Shown here: positions 7,295 through 14,967 of the stretch, in pieces
How the letters are laid out: the number at the start of each line of letters is the position of its first letter
How positions within the stretch are numbered: position 1 is the stretch's first letter
NCBI GenBank assembly: GCA_029856155.1
Contig: JAHQWL010000094.1
Coordinates: 1-14,967, forward strand
Direction of reading: 5' to 3'
DNA: 14,967 bases
Source of the DNA: Promethearchaeia archaeon
GTDB taxonomy: Archaea > Asgardarchaeota > Lokiarchaeia > Sigyniarchaeales > SOKP01
Notes under the pieces: generated by a model
The model's input: the letters and a program-made list of their open reading frames with translations, nothing else
Databases searched by the model: none
Told to the model about the DNA's origin: nothing
Made by a program: the position numbers and the translations under genes

Positions 7295-8188
7295 ATGAAT
7301 AATATAACTCTAAATACAAATATGAAAGCACTATTTTATGAAGATATTAACAAATTTTATGATCTAGCATTTCCTTTTTTGCTAAATCACGAGATTGAAA
7401 ATGGACTTCTTTTAGTTATTTTAAATTCACTTAAAAGAAATATTCATAGATATGGAGAAGATCAACCTCTTCTATTAACATTAACTAAACGTAATAATAT
7501 TAAATTAATTACTATAAGAACCCCTCCCTATGATCTCCTTATATCCTATACGGATGAATTAGATATTATTGAAATATTAGTAGAATACCTTTTTAAAAGA
7601 AAAGAGAAATTACCTGGTGTTTTAGGTTTTAAAGAAGCCGCAGATAAATTTGCCAGATTGTGGTGTAAGAAAAGTAATTTAGATTCTTATCTATTGAGAA
7701 ACGAAAGAGTTTTTAAATTAGAAGAAGTCTCAGAAGATACTTTAGGTATAAATAAATTTCATGTTGCTACAAAGGAATATGAGAAAATAGTTCTTAAATG
7801 GGCTAGAGAGATGTTAAAGGAAGCATTAAGTGATATTACTAAAAAAGAGTTGGATCGAAATATTAACAATTTCAAAGAAGAATTTGAGAGCAATAACAGC
7901 CAAATCTTTTTATTATTTGATGACAATGAGCCCGTTTCGATGGCAAGAAAAGCAGGTAAAAGTCCTAATGGTAATGCGATTAATCTTGTATACACTCCAC
8001 CTTCCTTGAGGAGAAGAGGATATGCAACTGAATGCGTAGCAAAATTAAGCAAGGTTCTCTTAGAAGAAGGAAATAATTATTGTTTCTTATTTACAGATTT
8101 AAGTAATCCTACTTCGAATAGTATTTATCAAAAAATAGGTTATCGTCCAGTGATTGATGAAAATCATTATAAATTTAAAACAAAGTAG
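7295..8188 (+). CDS. Two-domain GNAT family N-acetyltransferase (FR47-like C-terminal domain)
   Basis: VYTPPSLRRRGYAT acetyl-CoA binding motif; CFLFTDLSNPTSNSIYQKIGY. Start may be ATG 7322. Confidence 0.9.
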   Translation: MNNITLNTNMKALFYEDINKFYDLAFPFLLNHEIENGLLLVILNSLKRNIHRYGEDQPLLLTLTKRNNIKLITIRTPPYDLLISYTDELDIIEILVEYLFKRKEKLPGVLGFKEAADKFARLWCKKSNLDSYLLRNERVFKLEEVSEDTLGINKFHVATKEYEKIVLKWAREMLKEALSDITKKELDRNINNFKEEFESNNSQIFLLFDDNEPVSMARKAGKSPNGNAINLVYTPPSLRRRGYATECVAKLSKVLLEEGNNYCFLFTDLSNPTSNSIYQKIGYRPVIDENHYKFKTK

Positions 8189-8189
8189 T

Positions 8190-8220
8190 CGGTTTTTCAA
8201 AAAAATAAAATAAAAAAAAG
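8190..8220. terminator. Candidate bidirectional oligo-T terminator region between convergent GNAT and alba
   Basis: GTTTTTC on the plus strand, followed by long A tracts (T tracts on the minus strand). Confidence 0.35.
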
Positions 8221-8272
8221 AAGCGAGAAAGTCTCCTGATTTTCTCCTGTATAATTTTAGAATTATCTTTCT

Positions 8273-8554
8273 TTACCTTTTCGGCGGAAGAATTTCAATC
8301 TCAATTGATGAGACATTGCTATTCGTGCCATCAGTATTCGTTATTGTTTCAGTATCAATCAGAATTTCCCCATATTTACTTCCTGAAACAAACTTGTTCA
8401 TTAAAATTTCAGCTACATCAACAGCTCGAGAAATAGATCGACCTCGAGCTAATAATCTCACTGGTTTCTCATTTAAAACAACCATGGCAGCCATTACATA
8501 GCTCATTGATTTCTTTCTGCCAATAAAAACCTTTGAATCATCTCCTATAGGCAA
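8273..8554 (-). CDS. albA: DNA/RNA-binding chromatin protein Alba
   Basis: VFIGRKKSMSYV, LLARGRSISRAVDVAE, SNVSSIEI. TTG start with GGTGA SD 6 nt upstream. Confidence 0.95.
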   Translation of the reverse strand: MPIGDDSKVFIGRKKSMSYVMAAMVVLNEKPVRLLARGRSISRAVDVAEILMNKFVSGSKYGEILIDTETITNTDGTNSNVSSIEIEILPPKR

Positions 8555-8560
8555 AAATTA

Positions 8561-8565
8561 TCACC
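8561..8565 (-). promoter_or_regulatory. Shine-Dalgarno site for alba
   Basis: Minus strand GGTGA-TAATTT-TTG. Confidence 0.7.
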
Positions 8566-8645
8566 TTTTCTCTGTTAAGTTAAAAATTTTCTTTTTTATT
8601 GTTAGATTCTTTTGTTTTCCTTAATTACAGATTATCTTAGGTTAA

Positions 8646-8673
8646 TTATCTATAGATAACTAAGTTTTATAAA
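8646..8673 (-). promoter_or_regulatory. Candidate alba promoter: TATA box plus adjacent 14-bp palindrome
   Basis: TTTATAAA at 8666-8673 and perfect palindrome TTATCTATAGATAA at 8646-8659. Confidence 0.45.
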
Positions 8674-8778
8674 TTGAGTTTAGATTTTAATGTTATGCAA
8701 TTTCAAATTTCTTTTTTAAATATGTCGTAAAAAAAAAATAATTAAAAATTAGAATGATAATGAAGAAAAAAGCATTTT

Positions 8779-9555
8779 TTAATATAATTTTTTTCTAAAA
8801 TCATTGATAAATTTCTCTTTATCCTCATATTCATACCACGCAGAACCAATTTTTTCTAACTCATAAGCCTCATTATAAGATTTATCAGCTAAATGATTAC
8901 TACATAGTTTGATCGCATTTAGAACTGTTTGATTTTTAGTAAACAGAAATCTAGCTTTTTCCAATGCAAGGTTCATTAACTCTTCGCGGTTGTCTACTAT
9001 TTGATCTATTAAACCAATTTCTAATGCTTTTTTTGCACTAATTTTTTCTGCAAACATTAGTATCTTTTTTGTCCAAGGGATCCCAATGACTCTTGACATT
9101 AATACAATAATACCTGTGTCAGGAAAAACACCAATATTTATCTCTGGCATCATAAAAAAACAATCTTTAATAGCAATCCGATAATCAGAACATAAAGCAT
9201 AAGCTACTCCATCGCCCATAGCTTTACCATTAATAGCACAAATAGTGGGTTTTCCATAATATAACAATTTTTGGATAGCTGCTGCAGTTTGTTCATATTC
9301 TTGTACAACTATATGGTCACTACCATCAATCTCATCAATATCCATCCCTGTGGTAAAAGAAGTTCCATTTGCAGTTAATATTATCCCCCTAATTTTTTCT
9401 GAATTTTGACAATATTTAATGACTTTTTTTAAATCCTTTGCCATTTCGGTAATAATTGCGTTTCCTCTATGGACTCGATTTAATTTTATAATTCCAAATT
9501 TCTTTTTTATCGAAAATTCGATAAATTCTCCAAAATTAAATTTTTCTAATGACAT
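8779..9555 (-). CDS. Enoyl-CoA hydratase/isomerase (crotonase) family protein, paralog 2
   Basis: FTTGMDI oxyanion motif, KPTICAINGKAMGDG, DYRIA, MPEINIGVFPDTG, ISAKKALEIGLID. Confidence 0.92.
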   Translation of the reverse strand: MSLEKFNFGEFIEFSIKKKFGIIKLNRVHRGNAIITEMAKDLKKVIKYCQNSEKIRGIILTANGTSFTTGMDIDEIDGSDHIVVQEYEQTAAAIQKLLYYGKPTICAINGKAMGDGVAYALCSDYRIAIKDCFFMMPEINIGVFPDTGIIVLMSRVIGIPWTKKILMFAEKISAKKALEIGLIDQIVDNREELMNLALEKARFLFTKNQTVLNAIKLCSNHLADKSYNEAYELEKIGSAWYEYEDKEKFINDFRKKLY

Positions 9556-9577
9556 TTTTATTCACTTATAGTCTTTC

Positions 9578-10354
9578 TTACTCAAATTTTTTTCTTAAAT
9601 CTTTTATAAATTTTTCTTTATCTTCATACTCATACCAAGCTGAGCCGAACTTCTCTATTTCATAAGCATTATTATAAGATTTGTCTGCTAAATGATTGCT
9701 ACATAGTTTAATGGCATTTAGGACTGTTTGGTTTTTAGTAAAGAGAAATTTTACTTTATCCAAAGCAAAGTCTATTAATTCTTCTTTATCCATTACAATT
9801 TGATCAATTAATCCAATTTCCAAAGCCTTCTGACTATCAATTTGTTCTGCAAACATACACATTTTTTTACTCCAAGAAATTCCAATTATCCTTGAAAAAA
9901 GAACTAAACATCCGGTACCAGTAAAGATTCCAGAAAAGATTTCTGGCATTTGAAAAAAGCTTTCTCTTGTAGCAATTCGATAGTCACAACATGCTGAAAA
10001 AACAACACCCTCTCCCATAGCTCTCCCATTAACAGCAGAGATTGCTGGTTTTCCATTATATAATAATTTGCAAATAGCTGCTGCAGTTCCTTCCAAATAT
10101 TTCACTGCTTCATGGTTACTCCCATCAATCTCTCCTAAGTCTACACCGGTACTAAAAGAATTTCCATTATTTGTTAAGATCAACCCTCTAATTTTATTAT
10201 CTTTCTGACAATATTCTACTGCTTTTTTTAAATTTGCAAATTGTTTAATATCAAATGCATTCGATCTATGAATCCGATTTAGAGTAATTATTGCAAATCG
10301 TTTTTTAATAGTGAAATCGATGTATTCTCCAAAATTTAAATTATTCAAAGGCAT
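9578..10354 (-). CDS. Enoyl-CoA hydratase/isomerase (crotonase) family protein, paralog 1
   Basis: FSTGVDL, KPAISAVNGRAMGEG, DYRIA, MPEIFSG, ALEIGLID. Same length (258 aa) as the adjacent paralog. Confidence 0.92.
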   Translation of the reverse strand: MPLNNLNFGEYIDFTIKKRFAIITLNRIHRSNAFDIKQFANLKKAVEYCQKDNKIRGLILTNNGNSFSTGVDLGEIDGSNHEAVKYLEGTAAAICKLLYNGKPAISAVNGRAMGEGVVFSACCDYRIATRESFFQMPEIFSGIFTGTGCLVLFSRIIGISWSKKMCMFAEQIDSQKALEIGLIDQIVMDKEELIDFALDKVKFLFTKNQTVLNAIKLCSNHLADKSYNNAYEIEKFGSAWYEYEDKEKFIKDLRKKFE

Positions 10355-10463
10355 AATTTACTTTAATTTTCAATTAATAAAAAATAATAATAAATTAATC
10401 AAATATAAATGAATTATAAAGAAATTATCGTTGAAACTTAGTAAAAAATCTTTTATTTTATAA

Positions 10464-12548
10464 ATGCCTGTAAATATCACTGATTTTTTAGAGGAAAAAT
10501 CTGGTTTAATTAAAAAAAACGATTTACAGAAAGTAAAGAACTTAAAACAAATTTTTATCTCAATTAATCAGCATTTATATGGAAAATTAAAATATACTGA
10601 TACCGATACAAGAGCTCGGTCTAAACAAATTATAAATCTCCTTTTATGTAAGTTAGTTGATGAAATTAATAAAAAAAAAGATGAAGAAATGGAATTTTGC
10701 TTAAAAAACGGTGAAACTATTGACCAGTTATATGAAAGAATTCTAAATTTTTTTAATAAATATGTACGACAGAGATATAAAGATATTATAGATGAAAATG
10801 AACAAATCACATTGACCAAAGAATTAATTTTTTTAGTAGTACAAGAATTACAATATATTTCACTTCTTCAATCATCTAAAGACATCTTAAGTGATGCATT
10901 CGAAATTTTTGTTAGTAAGATTTTAAAGGATGAAGCAGGACAGTTTTTTACACCACATAATATAGTAAGATTCATGGTTAATTATTTAAATCCTGAAGTA
11001 AATTCAAAAATCCTGGATCCTGCTTGTGGTCATGGGGGATTTCTACTCGAATCAAAAGAAGTGTTATGGTCAAAAATAGAATCAGAAGAAAAAAGAATTA
11101 AATCAATTTCAAATCTATATGGCATTGATAAAGATTTGTTCTTAGCAAAAATCAGTAAATTATATTTAGAAATATTAAGTAATGGAAGATCTAATATTTT
11201 TTGTGAAGATACATTAGATCCAAAAAACTACAGAGATGAGGCAAGGGGAATCATTAAAAATGATAATTTTGATTATATTTTAACAAATCCTCCATTCGGT
11301 GTTAAAATTCCTATAAATGATAAAGGAATTTTAGAAAATTATCAGCTAGGACATGTTTGGAAAAACGTTGATGATAGATGGGAAATACAATATAAATTGG
11401 TAAAGCAACAGGCACCTCAAGTACTATTTATAGAAAGGTGTATTCAATTACTTAATGATGGTGGTAAATTGGCCATAGTTTTACCAGAGGGTATCTTCGG
11501 AAATCCTACAGATCGATACATTTGGGAATATCTAACTTCTAAAGGTAAAATTTTGGGTATAATTTCATTGGATCAAAATACCTTTCAACCTTACACATGT
11601 AATAAAACAAGTATCTTATTTTTTGAAAAGTTAATTAATGTCCCAGAAGATTATAAAATTGATTTCGCAATTGTAGAAAACGTTGGACACGATAAAGATG
11701 GAAAGGTTTTATATAAAATGAAAAAAGATGGAAGTAAAAAGTTAAATTCTGCTGGAGATCCAATAATTAATGATGATCTGAAAGATTTACATCTAAGAAT
11801 GAGAGAAGCTGAAGAATTCGATTACTTAAAGGAACAAAAGATCTTTAAAATAAAATATAGTCAAATTAAAAATAAAATTTTCATACCCATTTATTATACT
11901 GGGGTGGAAAAGACTTTAAAAAAGCTTGCGAATGAAAAAAGATTCACTCTTTTAACTATTAAAGATTTAGTTGCTAAAAAAATAATCTATGCCAATAAGG
12001 GTGGTTATATTCCACGAGGTGATGAAATAGGTTCAAATTTATACGGTTTAGGGAGTATACCTTTTATCCGCACGAGTGAAATCAATAACTGGGAAATAAA
12101 TTTAGACTCTTATAAAAAAACTAGTGAAGAAGTGTACGAACAATATAAACTTAAACAGAATATCGAGGAGGGTGATATTTTACTAGTCAAGGATGGTGGT
12201 CCAAATCTAATAGGGAAAACGGCTTTTATAACAGAATTAGATACAAAAATTATAATTCAAAGTCATATATATCAGATAAAGATTTTAGTAAATGAGGAAT
12301 TTATTGATCCTTATCTCATTTTATTCTTGTTAAATTTGGACATCGTTCAAAAACAAATACAAGCAATCACATTTGTGCAAGGAACGATTGCAACAATTGG
12401 AAATCGAATAATGGATGTAGTTTTACCTATACCTTCTGAAATTAATAAAAGAAAGGAAATTTCGGAGTTTATACGAAAAATTATCTATTCCAAAATTGAT
12501 AATAAAAAAAAAATTCAAAATTTATCACTAAATACTTTTAATAAATAA
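10464..12548 (+). CDS. N6-adenine DNA methyltransferase, HsdM-like, fused to one HsdS-like target recognition domain
   Basis: GQFFTP, motif I ILDPACGHGGFL, motif IV LTNPPFG, LAIVLPEG. C-terminal roughly 200 aa with IPFIRTSEI, EGDILLVKDG..IGK, LPIPS typical of an HsdS TRD-CR unit. Confidence 0.88.
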   Translation: MPVNITDFLEEKSGLIKKNDLQKVKNLKQIFISINQHLYGKLKYTDTDTRARSKQIINLLLCKLVDEINKKKDEEMEFCLKNGETIDQLYERILNFFNKYVRQRYKDIIDENEQITLTKELIFLVVQELQYISLLQSSKDILSDAFEIFVSKILKDEAGQFFTPHNIVRFMVNYLNPEVNSKILDPACGHGGFLLESKEVLWSKIESEEKRIKSISNLYGIDKDLFLAKISKLYLEILSNGRSNIFCEDTLDPKNYRDEARGIIKNDNFDYILTNPPFGVKIPINDKGILENYQLGHVWKNVDDRWEIQYKLVKQQAPQVLFIERCIQLLNDGGKLAIVLPEGIFGNPTDRYIWEYLTSKGKILGIISLDQNTFQPYTCNKTSILFFEKLINVPEDYKIDFAIVENVGHDKDGKVLYKMKKDGSKKLNSAGDPIINDDLKDLHLRMREAEEFDYLKEQKIFKIKYSQIKNKIFIPIYYTGVEKTLKKLANEKRFTLLTIKDLVAKKIIYANKGGYIPRGDEIGSNLYGLGSIPFIRTSEINNWEINLDSYKKTSEEVYEQYKLKQNIEEGDILLVKDGGPNLIGKTAFITELDTKIIIQSHIYQIKILVNEEFIDPYLILFLLNLDIVQKQIQAITFVQGTIATIGNRIMDVVLPIPSEINKRKEISEFIRKIIYSKIDNKKKIQNLSLNTFNK

Positions 12549-12568
12549 TTACATAATATCTCATTACT

Positions 12569-13006
12569 ATGATTATTGAAAAGTTCTCTATGAAATTCTA
12601 TAAAGAAATAATTGAACTTTGGAGGAAAACGGGAATAAGTGTAGGATCCACCGATACAAAAGAAGAACTTAAGCGAATGGTTGAACGTAACCCTCATCTT
12701 TTCTTAATAGGAAAAAGAGATGAAAAAGTTATCGGTGTAGTTATGGGAGGATTTGATGGGAGAAGAGGATATGTCCATCATCTAGCAGTAGATCCAAATT
12801 ACCAGAAAAAAGGTTATGGTAAAATGATAATGGATGAATTAATGAAAAGGTTTCGTAAAATGAGAGTACATAAAGTTCATTTATTTATAGAAAAATATAA
12901 TAAAGAGGTTGTCAAATTCTATCAAAATTTAGGATGGGATATTCGGGATGATTTAATTATGATGAGCTATGTCCCAGATAAAACCTTATACAAAATGAGT
13001 ATTTAG
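12569..13006 (+). CDS. GNAT family N-acetyltransferase (YpeA/RimI-like)
   Basis: VMGGFDGRRGYVHHLAVDPNYQKKGYG and N..VVKFYQNLGW. Confidence 0.92.
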   Translation: MIIEKFSMKFYKEIIELWRKTGISVGSTDTKEELKRMVERNPHLFLIGKRDEKVIGVVMGGFDGRRGYVHHLAVDPNYQKKGYGKMIMDELMKRFRKMRVHKVHLFIEKYNKEVVKFYQNLGWDIRDDLIMMSYVPDKTLYKMSI

Positions 13007-13131
13007 AATAACTATTTATCTTCTATTATTATTATTAAAAATATTTGTTTTTGCTCTTATTTTCTTAAAATTTTAAATAATATCAAAATGAATAATATCA
13101 CATATTTCTAAAAAAACAAATATGAATTAAA

Positions 13132-14931
13132 ATGAATGACGAAATGAGTCAAAAGGATCTAATAAAATTTTACGGAATAGATAAAAAATGGCCAAAAGAA
13201 ACACCAAGACAGATTGAATATGAAGAAATCCCTTTGGGAGAACTTTTAAGTAGAACTGCTTTAAAATATCCTGATTCTGAAGCACTTTTTTTTGAAGGTT
13301 TTCGAATGACATATCTGGAATTAGATACTCTCGTAGATCAATTTGCTACTGCATTATCTAAATTAGGAATAAAAAAAGGAGATGTTGTCTGTATTGATTT
13401 ACCTAATGTTCCTCAATATCTTATTGCTCATTGGGCAATTGTTCGAATTGGGGCGACTTCTAATCCAATTCTTCCCATAAATCGATTTATTGAGATAGTT
13501 CATCAAGTGAATGATTCTAATGCTAATACATTAATCATATTAGACTATCTATATGAAGAATATCTTCTTGGTAAGGAATTAAACAAAATGCCTACTTTAA
13601 AACATATAATATTAACAGGATTGGCAGAATACTTACCCCCAATAAAAGCTAAACTAGGAACTGCTTTACATAAAGTTCCAAGAATGAAAAAATGGCCGGA
13701 ACAAGAAGGGAATATCACATTTCATAAATTTCAAGAAGTATTAATAAATGGACTTCCAATAGATGTTCCCACAGTAGATCTTAATCTTAAAACCAATATA
13801 TCTGTTTTAATATATACAGGTGGAACTACTGGAGTTCCAAAAGGAGTAATGACTTCTCATTATTCAATGGTAGTAAACGCTCTTCAAACCGATGTTTGGG
13901 CTACAACACAATTACCAAAAATGAATGAATTAAAAGGTAAGGGAGGAATGTTGTTGGTTGTACCGCTCGCTCATTCTTTTGGTAATATAGGCATGACGGT
14001 TTCTGTATTAGAAGGCTGGAAAATGATCTTATTACCACGGCCTCCAGATAAAATATCAAATATTTTAAAAATAATGATGAAAGAGAAAGCTACATATATG
14101 CCTGGTGTTCCTACGCTTTATATAAAAATAAACGAGGATCCAGATTCACGTAAATATAAAGGTAAATTAGATTCACTTATAGCATGTATAAGTGCTGCTT
14201 CAGCAATACCGGCAGAGGTTAAAAGTGAATTTGAAAATATCACTGGTGTAAGTATTGTTGAAGGGTATGGAATGTCAGAATGTTCACCGGTAGTTTCTTT
14301 AAATCCTTTTAAAAAGTCACTTCAAAAGGTAAATACGGTTGGCTTTCCTATCTCTGATACATTACTTAAAATAGTAGATGCTGATACTGGTACAAAAGTT
14401 CTACCTCACTGTTCAAATGAAAATTGCGAGAATTGTGGTGAAGATGAGTTTCAATATATTGGAGAAATATGTTGTACAGGTCCACAAGTTATGACTGGAT
14501 ACTTAGGAAGAAAAGATGATACAGAATATGCATTAAGAAAAGATTCTGAAGGGATTCTATGGTATTACACTTCAGATATAGGGTGCATTGATAAGGATGG
14601 ATATTTGCGAATAAAAGATAGAAAAAGAGATATGATTAAAAGGAAAGGTCATGCCGTATTTCCAAGAGAAGTTGAGGACTTTATTTACATGCACGAAGCG
14701 ATAAGTGAAGTAGGTGTCATTGGAGTTCCTGATCCAGAAACTGGGCAAGAAATTAAAGCATTTATTTCCCTTAAACCAGAATATAAAGGAAAAGTTACTA
14801 AAGAAGATCTTCTAGAGTGGTGTCAAAATAATATTAGTCCATATAAATATCCTAGATTGATTGAGATTGTCCCTGAATTGCCAAAATCTATCGTAGGAAA
14901 AATATTAAGACGTGAATTACGTAAAGAATGA
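13132..14931 (+). CDS. Long-chain fatty acid-CoA ligase (AMP-binding/ANL family, FadD-like)
   Basis: YTGGTTGVPKG P-loop, EGYGMSE, TSDIG, IKDRKRDMI, PREVE, PKSIVGKILRR. Confidence 0.95.
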   Translation: MNDEMSQKDLIKFYGIDKKWPKETPRQIEYEEIPLGELLSRTALKYPDSEALFFEGFRMTYLELDTLVDQFATALSKLGIKKGDVVCIDLPNVPQYLIAHWAIVRIGATSNPILPINRFIEIVHQVNDSNANTLIILDYLYEEYLLGKELNKMPTLKHIILTGLAEYLPPIKAKLGTALHKVPRMKKWPEQEGNITFHKFQEVLINGLPIDVPTVDLNLKTNISVLIYTGGTTGVPKGVMTSHYSMVVNALQTDVWATTQLPKMNELKGKGGMLLVVPLAHSFGNIGMTVSVLEGWKMILLPRPPDKISNILKIMMKEKATYMPGVPTLYIKINEDPDSRKYKGKLDSLIACISAASAIPAEVKSEFENITGVSIVEGYGMSECSPVVSLNPFKKSLQKVNTVGFPISDTLLKIVDADTGTKVLPHCSNENCENCGEDEFQYIGEICCTGPQVMTGYLGRKDDTEYALRKDSEGILWYYTSDIGCIDKDGYLRIKDRKRDMIKRKGHAVFPREVEDFIYMHEAISEVGVIGVPDPETGQEIKAFISLKPEYKGKVTKEDLLEWCQNNISPYKYPRLIEIVPELPKSIVGKILRRELRKE

Positions 14932-14967
14932 GAATTATTATTTTCAATTTTCTTTTTACTTTAATAT

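Noticed and set aside
7759-8052. 97-aa minus-strand ORF
   Set aside because: Antisense shadow of the GNAT gene.
8316-8501. 61-aa plus-strand ORF
   Set aside because: Antisense shadow of alba.
8779-10354. Assembly-artefact duplication of the crotonase genes
   Set aside because: The copies differ at many silent and non-silent sites throughout.
10568-10819. 83-aa minus-strand ORF
   Set aside because: Antisense shadow inside the methyltransferase.
12515-12697. 60-aa minus-strand ORF
   Set aside because: Overlaps two confident plus-strand genes.
13127-13312. 61-aa minus-strand ORF
   Set aside because: Antisense to the acyl-CoA ligase start.
14929-14967. Selenocysteine readthrough of the ligase TGA stop
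   Set aside because: The protein is already complete at the usual family C-terminus and is followed by terminator-like T tracts.
1-14967. CRISPR array, tRNA/rRNA, IS or prophage
   Set aside because: No regularly spaced repeats, GC-rich structured-RNA islands, transposase, integrase or viral genes seen by eye.

Overview
AT-rich archaeal chromosomal segment, most likely from an Asgard archaeon (Lokiarchaeia/Promethearchaeota). The assignment is inferred from a Rab-like small GTPase, an IPGY-TM-basic (Loki-CTERM-like) sorting tail, Alba, archaeal ACDS subunits and GGTG-type SD motifs. Gene order: partial membrane protein(-), Rab-like GTPase(-), cdhC(-), cdhB(-), amidase(-), CooT-like Ni protein(+), C25 gingipain-like peptidase(-), GNAT(+), Alba(-), two tandem crotonase paralogs(-), HsdM-single-TRD fusion methyltransferase(+), GNAT(+), long-chain acyl-CoA ligase(+). 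I saw no rRNA, tRNA, CRISPR array or mobile element. I cannot demonstrate a single new multi-gene system. The best leads are: an orphan nuclease-less M-S fusion methyltransferase in housekeeping context; a crotonase pair with a rewired active-site motif (GDG/GEG) and a conserved C-terminal region; a split cdhBC unit with a variant CooT nearby; a membrane protein/Rab-like GTPase pair; a possibly doubly anchored C25 protease with acidic loops; a Cys-rich insert in the acyl-CoA ligase; and several intergenic palindromes. All family calls come from motif recognition by eye; no searches were run.
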